A stretch of 64,000 nucleotides of DNA, from NCBI GenBank assembly GCA_963731735.1, contig CAVSWO010000001.1, positions 761 through 64,760 of the forward strand. Reading direction: 5' to 3'. The notes beneath the pieces were generated by a model, which saw only the letters and a list, made by a program, of their open reading frames with translations, searched no databases and was not told where the DNA came from. Origin of the DNA: Candidatus Kerfeldbacteria bacterium (lineage in GTDB: Bacteria; Patescibacteriota; Patescibacteriia; SBBC01; CAIJZX01). Made by a program: the position numbers and the translations under genes. Below are positions 27,318-36,546 of the stretch, one piece after another (the stretch's first letter is position 1; each line of letters opens with the position of its first letter).

Positions 27318-28952
27318 ATGCGTCGATCACGACTCTGGCTGACATTCGGGTTGATCATCGGCCTCGCCTTGCTGGCTGGGTACATCGACTGGCCGAACGC
27401 GCCGACCACACCCTTTCCTCCCTTCAACCGGAATTTTCCGATTCGGCTTGGTTTAGATATCCAGGGCGGCAGCAGCTTGGTTTACCAGGCGGACATGTCG
27501 AAGATCCCGAGCGCTGATCGCGACTCAGCGCTGCAAGGTGTTCGTGACGTAATTGAACGTCGCGTGAATGCCTTCGGAGTTTCCGAACCAGTCGTGCAAA
27601 CTAATCACGGCGGGGGAGAGTACCGGGTGCTGGTTGAACTGGCCGGAATTAAAGATATCAACCAGGCGATTAAACAGATCGGGGAAACACCGTTACTGGA
27701 ATTTCGCATCGCCGCCGGCCTGCCAGATGCTGAAGCGAAACAGAAAGCCGAAGATTTACTCAAACAAATTCAGCAGGGCGCGGATTTTGGGGAAATCGCC
27801 AAAGCCAATTCTGATGACCCGGGATCGGCCGTCAAGGGTGGGGATTTGGGCTTTGCGGATCCAAGTTCCTATGTCACGGAGTTTGGTGATGCCTTGAAGA
27901 AACTCAAAGACGGCGAGATTACGTCGGCTCCGGTAAAGTCTCAATTCGGCTACCACATCATCAAACGAATCGCTACGAAAACAGTCGATCAGGACGGAAA
28001 ACCGGTTGAACAAATCGAGGCCGCGCACATTCTGGTGGCCACCAGTGATTCGGCCCAGCAAACGGGAAATTTTGTTCCAACCAAGCTGTCAGGCCAGCAG
28101 CTTAAACGAGCGGATGTGGTCTTCGACCCGACCGCCGGGACGCCCCAAGTCCAGCTGACCTTTAATAGTGAGGGTGCGAAATTGTTTGAACAACTGACCA
28201 CCGACCATGTCGGCGAGGTGTTGGGTATCTATTTAGACGGACAACCGATAAGTTTACCGCGCGTCAACGGTCCGATCACCGGCGGCACCGCCATCATTAC
28301 CGGTGACTTTTCCTTGCAGGAAGCCAAAGATTTGGCACGCCGGCTGAATGCCGGAGCCCTGCCGGTGCCGATTACCTTGGTCAGCCAGCAGAACATCGGT
28401 GCCAGCTTGGGTCAGGCGGCGGTGGAGCGCAGCTTTGCCGCTGGATTGATTGGCTTAGCCTTGGTGGCAGTGTTCATGATTCTGTACTACCGCCTGCCCG
28501 GCGTGGTGGCCGTGCTGGCACTCGGGGTCTACACCTTGCTGGTGCTGGCGATATTTAAAGTCTGGCCCGTAACGCTGACGCTGGCCGGGATCGCGGGATT
28601 TATCTTGTCGATCGGTATGGCGGTGGATGCCAACATTCTGGTCTTTGAACGCACCAAGGAAGAATTGCGCGCCGGCCGACCGCTGCTGTCCGCGATTGAC
28701 GAAGGCTTCCGCCGTGCCTGGCCGTCCATCCGTGATTCGAATATTTCCAGTTTAATTACCTCGGCCATTTTGATTTGGTTCGGCAGTAGTTTAATTAAAG
28801 GTTTCGCTGTGACGCTTTCGATCGGAATTTTGCTCTCTATGTTCTCGGCTTTGACGGTCACGCGGACCTTTATGTTGCTGATCGCCCGAAAAGGGATTGC
28901 CCGCCGACCATGGTTATTTGGGGTTGGAAAATCGGAGGTGACAGATGTATAA
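27318..28952 (+). CDS. secD: Protein translocase subunit SecD with an inserted parvulin-type PPIase domain
   Basis: LGLDIQGG, IERRVNAFGVSEP, LNAGALP and GMAVDANILVFER motifs; insert carries DFGEIAKANSDD..GGDLG..FGYHII. Confidence 0.95.
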   Translation: MRRSRLWLTFGLIIGLALLAGYIDWPNAPTTPFPPFNRNFPIRLGLDIQGGSSLVYQADMSKIPSADRDSALQGVRDVIERRVNAFGVSEPVVQTNHGGGEYRVLVELAGIKDINQAIKQIGETPLLEFRIAAGLPDAEAKQKAEDLLKQIQQGADFGEIAKANSDDPGSAVKGGDLGFADPSSYVTEFGDALKKLKDGEITSAPVKSQFGYHIIKRIATKTVDQDGKPVEQIEAAHILVATSDSAQQTGNFVPTKLSGQQLKRADVVFDPTAGTPQVQLTFNSEGAKLFEQLTTDHVGEVLGIYLDGQPISLPRVNGPITGGTAIITGDFSLQEAKDLARRLNAGALPVPITLVSQQNIGASLGQAAVERSFAAGLIGLALVAVFMILYYRLPGVVAVLALGVYTLLVLAIFKVWPVTLTLAGIAGFILSIGMAVDANILVFERTKEELRAGRPLLSAIDEGFRRAWPSIRDSNISSLITSAILIWFGSSLIKGFAVTLSIGILLSMFSALTVTRTFMLLIARKGIARRPWLFGVGKSEVTDV

Positions 28953-29847
28953 GATTATTCAAAAACGTCGATTCCTGATTTGGTTGTCAGCGGCTATCCT
29001 GATCCCCGGCATCATTGTCTTGGCGATGTATGGCCTCAAGCTCGGCATTGATTTCACCGGCGGATCGCGGTTGACCGTCCAATTTTCGGATCAACGGCCG
29101 GATGGGCCGGTGGCGGCCAAAACCGTTGATCAGCTGAATTTTGGCAAGGCCACGGTTCAAACCGCCGGCGACACCGATTTAGTGATCCGGCTCCCGAGCA
29201 TCAGTAATGATCAGCGGCAGCAAGTCCTGGATACATTACAAGCAAAATACGGGACCGTCACGGAACTCTCTTTTGAATCGATCGGACCGACGATCGGGAA
29301 AGAGTTACTGCAAAAAGCCTGGATCGCGCTGGCCTTGGTAATGGCTGCCATCGTGGCCTACATCAGCTGGGCTTTCCGAAACGTAAATGTCGGTCCGGTG
29401 CCGGCTTGGGCCTACGGCGTGTCGGCGATTCTGGCGTTAGTGCATGACGTACTGATCGTGATCGGCGTCTTTGCGCTACTCGGACATTTCAGAGGAGTTG
29501 AAGTCGACAGTTTATTTGTGACTGCCTTATTGACCGTACTCGGTTTCTCCGTCCATGACACGATCGTCGTTTTTGACCGCATCCGCGAGCGGCTGTTAAT
29601 TGGTGGCCAGGACTCGTTCGAAGATACCGTCAATGTCAGCTTGAACCAGACGCTGATTCGATCAATCAACACCTCGTTTACCACGCTGTTAGTGCTGGCT
29701 GTCCTATACATTTTTGGTGGGTCGAGTATTAGTAATTTCGTTTTGGCGCTGTTAATCGGGATTATATCCGGGACGTATTCGTCTATTTTTGTGGCCAGTC
29801 CGTTGCTGGTTATCTTCGAACGCTGGCGCGCTCGACGGCGCCGCTAG
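28945..29847 (+). CDS. secF: Protein translocase subunit SecF
   Basis: LGIDFTGGS, IGPTIG, HDTIVVFDRIRE and GTYSSIFVA motifs. Confidence 0.96.
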   Translation: MYKIIQKRRFLIWLSAAILIPGIIVLAMYGLKLGIDFTGGSRLTVQFSDQRPDGPVAAKTVDQLNFGKATVQTAGDTDLVIRLPSISNDQRQQVLDTLQAKYGTVTELSFESIGPTIGKELLQKAWIALALVMAAIVAYISWAFRNVNVGPVPAWAYGVSAILALVHDVLIVIGVFALLGHFRGVEVDSLFVTALLTVLGFSVHDTIVVFDRIRERLLIGGQDSFEDTVNVSLNQTLIRSINTSFTTLLVLAVLYIFGGSSISNFVLALLIGIISGTYSSIFVASPLLVIFERWRARRRR

Positions 29848-29852
29848 TTCCC

Positions 29853-29882
29853 AACAGGGGAAAGGGTAAAACCCCTGTTTTT
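29853..29882 (+). terminator. Putative terminator after secF
   Basis: AACAGGGG..CCCCTGTT stem followed by TTT. Confidence 0.5.
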
Positions 29883-29900
29883 GCATACAAGCCTGAATAC

Positions 29901-29929
29901 TTGACAGAAATGCAACAAAATGCTATACT
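29901..29929 (+). promoter_or_regulatory. Near-consensus sigma70 promoter
   Basis: TTGACA-17 bp-TATACT with TGn extension. Confidence 0.75.
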
Positions 29930-29954
29930 TTAGGCGTTTTTGAATAACTATCGC

Positions 29955-31094
29955 ATGGAAGATCAACTGCAAGATACAGGTGGGTCTATTCTTGATCGGG
30001 TGTTGCATAGCCAACAAACGGTCGCTTTAGAGCACTTTGACCCGCAAGATATCGTCCAAGATGTGCTGAAGCAGGTTTCTGAAAAAGAAGCCGATGTTTT
30101 ACGTCGGCGATTTGGCTTGGGGCAAATGGATCAAGAAACGTTGGAAAAAATCGGCAATCATTATCATGTGACGCGTGAACGGGTCCGCCAAATCGAGCGT
30201 TGGGCGATCAAGCACCTCCAGAAGTCATCGACGGTTAAAGCTCGTCTGCACCAGCTGGAAACGTTATTGCAGCAACTGATGGAAGAGCACGGTGGGTTGA
30301 TGCTTGAAGATGAACTCTTTGCCGCCCTTCATATGCACACGTCGCCGACTGACCGTTCACGCGCCGCGATTACGTTTTTGCTCGAAGAGCTGCTGGCGGA
30401 AAAAGTCGAACGGATTGACCAAGCACCCTATAAGCCCTATTGGAAGCTTCGGTTTGAAACGCCGAGTCATTTGCCAATTGTCTTGGCCGAAGCCGAAGCG
30501 GTGATCAGCCAAGAAGGACGGCCGATTCCGCATCAGCGTTTAATTGAAAAACTCTTGGCTCGTCCGGCCATTCAATCTTTGCAACCGGCCATGAATGACG
30601 TCATGATTGATACGGCGCTAAGCGTGGCCACCAGTATCGAACGCAACCCATTTGGCGAGTACGGTTTACGAAATTGGGGGAGTATCGTCCCGAAGCGAAT
30701 GCATGATAAAATATTGTTGGTCATGCGCAAGCACGGCAAACCGATGCACTTTCAAGACATTGCCAAAAAAATCAATGAACTTGGCTTTGACCAGCGCCAG
30801 GCCTACCCGCCGACCGTGCATAATGAACTGATACTGAATGATGAATACGTCTTGATTGGTCGCGGTATCTACGCCTTACGCGAATGGGGATACAAACCGG
30901 GCGTGGTGGCGGATGTCCTCGAAGCAATTTTACGCGAGGCCGGCGAACCAATGGCCCGCGAAGATCTGGTGGCCAAAGTCTTAGAGCAACGGGTGGTCAA
31001 GCGGAACACCATTCATTTAGCGCTGACAAATAAACGGCGCTTTGCGCGGACGTCCGACGGCCGCTACACGTTGGCGACGGCCCCGACCGTTTAA
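29955..31094 (+). CDS. Sigma70 region-4-like HTH plus HARE-HTH (RNAP delta-like) protein
   Basis: VLRRRFGL..ETLEKIG..VTRERVRQIE; C-terminal PMHF..IA..TVHNELI..GRGIYALREWGY winged helices. Confidence 0.8.
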   Translation: MEDQLQDTGGSILDRVLHSQQTVALEHFDPQDIVQDVLKQVSEKEADVLRRRFGLGQMDQETLEKIGNHYHVTRERVRQIERWAIKHLQKSSTVKARLHQLETLLQQLMEEHGGLMLEDELFAALHMHTSPTDRSRAAITFLLEELLAEKVERIDQAPYKPYWKLRFETPSHLPIVLAEAEAVISQEGRPIPHQRLIEKLLARPAIQSLQPAMNDVMIDTALSVATSIERNPFGEYGLRNWGSIVPKRMHDKILLVMRKHGKPMHFQDIAKKINELGFDQRQAYPPTVHNELILNDEYVLIGRGIYALREWGYKPGVVADVLEAILREAGEPMAREDLVAKVLEQRVVKRNTIHLALTNKRRFARTSDGRYTLATAPTV

Positions 31095-31116
31095 AAATCC
31101 ATACCGAAAACAAATT

Positions 31117-32508
31117 ATGCCGGGAGGCTTTCAACTTACCATTTCAATTCCTGAATTTTCCAGTCCGCTGGCGGCGCTGTGGTGGCTTTTTACGCATGGC
31201 GGTTTTGTGGCGGTGGTGATCGCGATTGGCTATGGAATTTGGTGGTTGTATTTAGACTATATTCAAAGCCGCTACCTGGCTCGACAACAGTACGTCATGT
31301 TGGCGGTCGATGTGCCAAAGTTGAATGAGCAGACCCCGAAAGCGGTCGAGCATATTTTTAGTCATTTTCACGGCATCCACAAACAACCGAATAAACGCGA
31401 GTTGTATGTTGAGGGTTTTGTCCAGCCAACTATTACCGTCGAACTGGTTTCGATCGGCGGCTATATTCAGTTTGTGATTCGAACGCCGATTGAACAGCGA
31501 GATCTGGTTGAATCGGCCATTTACGCGCAATACCCGGATGCCGAAATTTCGGAAGTCGAGGACTATGCCTATCGCTACGATCCAAAGTTTCCGAATGACG
31601 AATTCGATTTGTGGGCGTCCGAATTGCAGATGACCAATAAAGATCCGTACCCGATCAAGACCTATCCGCTCTGGGAACACAGTCTGACCCAAACTTTTCT
31701 CGATCCGATGGCCTCGATGTTAGAAATGATGGGCCGGCTGCAGGATGGTGAAGAAATTTGGTTTCAGTGGATTCTCAAGCCAACCCTCGACAGTCGCTGG
31801 CGTGATAAGGGGATGGACATCATCAATAAATTGATTGGTGCAAAAGTCAAAATCAAAAAAGGCGCACTCGACTCGCTGGTTGAAGCGCCGGGGAATGTTT
31901 TGTTAGGCACTTATAATACGTTGACCCGTACCTTGTTTGAACCGGTCGAAGGCAATGCGCGCAAGGATGACAATGGACTGCCGAGTTTGATGCAGCATCT
32001 TCCTCCGCATGTCAAAAATCAAGTCGAGGCAATCGGTATCAAAATCAGTAAATTAGCCTTTGAAACCAAGGCGCGCGTCGTGTACGTTGGGCGCCAGGAT
32101 GTATTTAATAAATCCCGGGTCAGTTCGATTTTCGGTTCCCTCAAACAGTTTGCAACGCTGGATATGAACGGGTTTAAGCCGGATAAGGTCATGAAAACGC
32201 AACGCTCGTACTTTCGCGTTCCGCAGCGGGTAGCGGCCCTGAAGCGCAAACTGCTGCTGGGCTATCGGACCCGCAGCAACTGGACCGGTCGTACCACCTT
32301 TATGCTGAATACCGAGGAATTGGCCTCGCTCTGGCATTTCCCGGTCGTAACGGTCAAAGCGCCACAAGTCAAAAAGACTGACGCCAAGCGCGGCGAACCG
32401 CCGGTCACACTGCCGACGGGTGAAGTAGCGGAGCGGGTCGAAAGACCGGTGGCGGCTCCGGCTGGACCACGCGGTGGCGCTCCCACCAATTTACCGACGC
32501 GTCCATGA
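31117..32508 (+). CDS. Membrane-anchored partner of the VirD4-like ATPase (CPR-type hypothetical)
   Basis: N-terminal TM; ESAIYAQYPDAEI..EDY, YPIKTY and LNTEELASLWHFP motifs; ATGA-coupled to the ATPase. Confidence 0.7.
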   Translation: MPGGFQLTISIPEFSSPLAALWWLFTHGGFVAVVIAIGYGIWWLYLDYIQSRYLARQQYVMLAVDVPKLNEQTPKAVEHIFSHFHGIHKQPNKRELYVEGFVQPTITVELVSIGGYIQFVIRTPIEQRDLVESAIYAQYPDAEISEVEDYAYRYDPKFPNDEFDLWASELQMTNKDPYPIKTYPLWEHSLTQTFLDPMASMLEMMGRLQDGEEIWFQWILKPTLDSRWRDKGMDIINKLIGAKVKIKKGALDSLVEAPGNVLLGTYNTLTRTLFEPVEGNARKDDNGLPSLMQHLPPHVKNQVEAIGIKISKLAFETKARVVYVGRQDVFNKSRVSSIFGSLKQFATLDMNGFKPDKVMKTQRSYFRVPQRVAALKRKLLLGYRTRSNWTGRTTFMLNTEELASLWHFPVVTVKAPQVKKTDAKRGEPPVTLPTGEVAERVERPVAAPAGPRGGAPTNLPTRP

Positions 32509-34187
32509 GCGAACAACCGCAAGACGGCGTGACTTTATTTGCGACCACCAATTACCGTGGTCAGCAGCAACCGTTCGGGATCAAGACCGATGACCGACGT
32601 CGGCACATGTATGTGATCGGCAAGACCGGCATGGGCAAATCGACCATGCTTGAAAACATGATTATTCAGGATATCCGCGACGGTCAGGGGATTTGCGTGG
32701 TTGATCCGCACGGCGACTTAGTCGAAAAAATTGTCAACTTCATTCCCTCACATCGGGTCAATGACGTAATTTATTTTAACCCGGCTGACGCCGATTATCC
32801 GATTGCATTTAATATTTTGGAAGCCATTGATCCGCGCCAACGTCACCTGGTGGCTTCCGGGCTGATCGCGGTCTTCAAGAAACTCTGGGTTGATTCCTGG
32901 GGTCCGCGGCTCGAATATATTTTACGGAATACGATTTTGGCGTTGATTGAATACCCGGGTTCAACACTGTTGGGGATCAATCGGATGTTTGTCGACAAAG
33001 ACTACCGGAATAAGGTGGTCAACCATATTTCCGATCCGATCGTCAAATCTTTTTGGCAAACGGAGTTTAACGCGTATGCGCAGCAATTTCGAACCGAAGC
33101 CGTTTCGCCAATTCAAAATAAAATCGGACAATTTTTGTCGAGTTCAATCATTCGCAATATTGTCGGTCAGCCAAAATCAACGATTGACATGCGAGATATT
33201 ATGGACAGCGGAAAAATCCTGCTCCTGAATTTGGCCAAAGGCCGGATCGGTGAAGACAACGCCGCCCTGCTCGGTGCGATGATGATAACCAAGTTGCAGG
33301 TGGCGGCTATGAGTCGGATTGATATTCCTGAGCCGGAACGCCGAGATTTTATACTCTACGTTGACGAGTTTCAAAATTTTGCAACTGAATCATTTGCCAA
33401 TATTTTATCCGAAGCCAGAAAATACCGGCTGGACTTAGTGATCGCGCATCAATACATTGAGCAATTGGACGAGGCAGTGCGAGCGGCCGTGTTTGGCAAC
33501 GTCGGAACCATGATTTGTTTTCGTGTCGGGGCCGCTGATGCGGAATTTCTGGCCAAAGAATTTTTTCCGGTTTTTACCGAAACCGATCTCGTTAACCTAA
33601 CCAAGTTTGATATTTACTTAAAGTTAATGATCGACGGGGTGGCTTCGGAACCATTTTCGGCTACCGGTTTACCGCCAGTGCAAAATCCGGACAACCTTGA
33701 GGAAACGATTATTCGTGTTTCCCGTGAACGTTATGCCAAACAGCGCGATGTGGTCGAAGAAAAAATTTCACGCTGGTCCGGCGCGATGTTGGAAGCCATG
33801 GCGTCAGACGCAAAGTCGAGCGGCGACCGCCGCAATCGGGGACCCGCGCGATCGGATGGCCCGGCTCGATCAGAATCTCGCGCCCCGACTCGAAATCCCG
33901 ACAATCCGCCTGAAGCCAAGCCGAAAATCGATGTCCAAAGCCGGCAACCGGTGCCGACGGAAGGAATTCCGGCTGAAATATCTTTAGCGGACGCCTTCAA
34001 GTCACAACCGAACGACACACGATCTCCGGCCGAGCAGTCGCATCGAAATCGCCGACCAGAGCGACCGCGGCGGCGCCATGATCAACCGGCCCGACCGTCA
34101 AAAGCTGCCCCATCGGCGTCGACCGGACCGGCCGAAAATCCGGCGCCGCAGTCGATTCAGCCAGGCCAGGTCGTCCAAATCAAGTAA
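32505..34187 (+). CDS. VirD4/TraD/HerA-like ATPase (T4SS DNA-binding domain protein)
   Basis: RRHMYVIGKTGMGKS, VDPHGD, LYVDEFQNF and SEARKYRL..AHQY motifs; disordered C-tail. Confidence 0.85.
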   Translation: MSEQPQDGVTLFATTNYRGQQQPFGIKTDDRRRHMYVIGKTGMGKSTMLENMIIQDIRDGQGICVVDPHGDLVEKIVNFIPSHRVNDVIYFNPADADYPIAFNILEAIDPRQRHLVASGLIAVFKKLWVDSWGPRLEYILRNTILALIEYPGSTLLGINRMFVDKDYRNKVVNHISDPIVKSFWQTEFNAYAQQFRTEAVSPIQNKIGQFLSSSIIRNIVGQPKSTIDMRDIMDSGKILLLNLAKGRIGEDNAALLGAMMITKLQVAAMSRIDIPEPERRDFILYVDEFQNFATESFANILSEARKYRLDLVIAHQYIEQLDEAVRAAVFGNVGTMICFRVGAADAEFLAKEFFPVFTETDLVNLTKFDIYLKLMIDGVASEPFSATGLPPVQNPDNLEETIIRVSRERYAKQRDVVEEKISRWSGAMLEAMASDAKSSGDRRNRGPARSDGPARSESRAPTRNPDNPPEAKPKIDVQSRQPVPTEGIPAEISLADAFKSQPNDTRSPAEQSHRNRRPERPRRRHDQPARPSKAAPSASTGPAENPAPQSIQPGQVVQIK

Positions 34188-34205
34188 TTCTGCTATAGTG
34201 TGGCG

Positions 34206-35096
34206 GTGAACAAACTGAGTTGCGTTATTCCCGCATTTAATGAAGCCGAGAGCCTGCCCCACCTGTGGGAGCGGTTGAAGCCAGTGGTCAGCCAGTTCCC
34301 AGCTTGGGAAGTGGTACTGGTGAGTGACGGTAGCACCGATGCAACTGTGGCGATTGCCGAGCAATGGGTCGCTCAAGGTGATCCGGTCAAGGTGATTGAC
34401 CTCCACCGTAATCGCGGAAAATCAGCCGCCCTGATGGCCGGATTAGCGGTCGTCAGTGGTGATGTGGTTGTTACCCTCGATGCTGATTTACAGGATGATC
34501 CGCAAGAAATTCCGCGTCTGGTCCAGACACTTGATGACCAGCAGGTCGACATGGTTGGCGGCTGGAAACGCGATCGGAAAGATCCTTTGATAAAAAAAAT
34601 TTCTTCCAAAGTTTTTAACGGGATTGCTAGTCGGATTGCTAAACAGCGATTCTACGATTTAAACTGCGGGCTGAAGGCCTATCGTCGGGAAGTCGTCGAG
34701 ACCCTGGATTTATATGGTGACTTGTACCGCTTTATTCCGATTTTGGCCGTGGCCAACGGCTTTCGGGTCGCCGAAATACCGGTCAAACACCACGCGCGAC
34801 AATGGGGTGTTTCAAAATACGGGTTACGCTTGAGCGGCGCTTTTGATTTGTTGTCCTTGGCGATGATTGCCAATTACCGCTGGCGACCGCTGCACTTGTT
34901 TGGGCGCTGGGGCGCGCTTCTCGCCTTAGTGGGAATTATCTTGCTGGGTTACTTAGCCTGGTTGCGGCTGCAAGGTGAAACCATCGGCGATCGGCCGCTC
35001 TTGATATTCGGTGCCTTGTTCGTGATCGCGGGTTTGCAAATTTTCTTTACCGGCTTATTAGGTGATCTGATGATCCATCATCGGCGAAAAGAATGA
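34206..35096 (+). CDS. GT2 polyprenyl-phosphate glycosyltransferase (DPM synthase/ArnC-like)
   Basis: VIPAFNE, DGSTD, LDADLQDDP and DLNCGLKAY motifs; two C-terminal TMs; GTG 34206 lies 6 nt after a TATAGT -10. Confidence 0.9.
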   Translation: MNKLSCVIPAFNEAESLPHLWERLKPVVSQFPAWEVVLVSDGSTDATVAIAEQWVAQGDPVKVIDLHRNRGKSAALMAGLAVVSGDVVVTLDADLQDDPQEIPRLVQTLDDQQVDMVGGWKRDRKDPLIKKISSKVFNGIASRIAKQRFYDLNCGLKAYRREVVETLDLYGDLYRFIPILAVANGFRVAEIPVKHHARQWGVSKYGLRLSGAFDLLSLAMIANYRWRPLHLFGRWGALLALVGIILLGYLAWLRLQGETIGDRPLLIFGALFVIAGLQIFFTGLLGDLMIHHRRKE

Positions 35097-35677
35097 GTTC
35101 GACCAACCAACAAAAATACGAAAGCGTCAATCCGCTACGCAAAATATTTTTGCGGCCGTTTCAACGCCGTTTTGTAACCACCATCACGACGACCCAGCCG
35201 CAGTCGCTGCTTGAGGTTGGTTGCGGTGAAGGTTTTTTGTTGACGGAAATTCAGGCGGCCTTACCGGCTACCCGAGTAGTTGGCATGGACGTAGTACCGG
35301 AATTTGTGCATGAGGGACATCGGTTATTCCCTGGGCTTGATTTACGAGTGGGTGATATTTACCACATCAATCAACCAGATCAGAGTTGGGACACGGTGGT
35401 GGCGAGTGAAGTGCTTGAGCACTTAGAACGTCCCGCGCAAGCCCTCGCTGAATTAGCACGGGTGGCGAAACGACACCTGGTCCTGTCTGTACCCTGGGAG
35501 CCCTGGTTTCAGGCTATGAATTTCGCCCGCGGTCAACATCTTCGCCGCTGGGGGAATCATCCCGAGCATATTAACCACTGGTCACCAAAGACATTTGAAA
35601 AATTGGTTGGTCAGTACGCCAAAGTAACCCAAGTAAAAACGTCACTGCCATGGATCATCCTGGTCGCCCAGGTATAA
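35093..35677 (+). CDS. Class I SAM-dependent methyltransferase
   Basis: LLEVGCGEG, EVLEHLE and HPEHINHW motifs. Confidence 0.9.
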   Translation: MSSTNQQKYESVNPLRKIFLRPFQRRFVTTITTTQPQSLLEVGCGEGFLLTEIQAALPATRVVGMDVVPEFVHEGHRLFPGLDLRVGDIYHINQPDQSWDTVVASEVLEHLERPAQALAELARVAKRHLVLSVPWEPWFQAMNFARGQHLRRWGNHPEHINHWSPKTFEKLVGQYAKVTQVKTSLPWIILVAQV

Positions 35678-36546
35678 CCCGATGGGTGCGGCCGCTCGGC
35701 TGGGTGTTGAGCTTGGTGGCGCTCGGGTTTGTTGTGCATTGGCTACTCAAAGTCGATCTCAACACTTGGCGTTCGTTGCGGTCGGCGAATTTTTGGTTGC
35801 TGGGACTCTCGCTGGTTATATTCCAGGCCTGGTTCAGTCTACGGTTTTTGGGTTGGGAATGGATTAGTACCCGCTACGGATTACATGATGCCCGCGGTTC
35901 AAACGCGCGCATGTGGACCCTGAGTGAATTGCTGCGGTATATTCCCGGAAATGTCTGGTCGTTTGCGGCTCGGTATCGCGGAGCCCGAGACCGCGGGGTC
36001 AGCCGGAGTGGGGCGGTGGCGGCGATTGTGTTTGAAGCGACTTTCTTATTCGCCGGCGCGGCCGTCGTAGCGGTGATATTTTGGCGGCCGAATTGGTGGT
36101 GGCTTTGGGCCGTTTGTATTGTCCTGCTCTTGTACCTGCTGCCGGCTATCTTGGGCCGTGTGGCTCGCTGGCGAGGCTGGGAAACGATCTCAATCCGTCC
36201 CTCGACGGCCTTAAAATTTTTGAGTTTATATGTAGCGGTTTGGGCTGTCTACGGATTCGCTCAAGCCGTTATGTTGCAGGCCATTCCGGGCCTCGGACTG
36301 CCGAATATTCTTATGCTGGCCGGCGCGAATGTTACCGCTTGGCTGATTGGCTATGTCAGCATCATCGCGCCCACCGGATTAGGGGTCCGTGAAGTTGCCT
36401 TGGTTGGGTTACTCCCAACCTTGACTGCCGAGGTGGCGAGTTTTGCTGCGGTATTGACTCGATTGTGGTTGATCATCAGTGAACTGGTTTTCTTGGGCAT
36501 AGTGTTTCTGATTCCTCATGGTCGATCCAACCCACAATCCTCGTAA
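35650..36546 (+). CDS. Lysylphosphatidylglycerol synthase TM-like / UPF0104 flippase
   Basis: LRYIPGNVW, APTGLGVRE and LTRLW motifs; about 8 TMs. Confidence 0.8.
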   Translation: MDHPGRPGITRWVRPLGWVLSLVALGFVVHWLLKVDLNTWRSLRSANFWLLGLSLVIFQAWFSLRFLGWEWISTRYGLHDARGSNARMWTLSELLRYIPGNVWSFAARYRGARDRGVSRSGAVAAIVFEATFLFAGAAVVAVIFWRPNWWWLWAVCIVLLLYLLPAILGRVARWRGWETISIRPSTALKFLSLYVAVWAVYGFAQAVMLQAIPGLGLPNILMLAGANVTAWLIGYVSIIAPTGLGVREVALVGLLPTLTAEVASFAAVLTRLWLIISELVFLGIVFLIPHGRSNPQSS

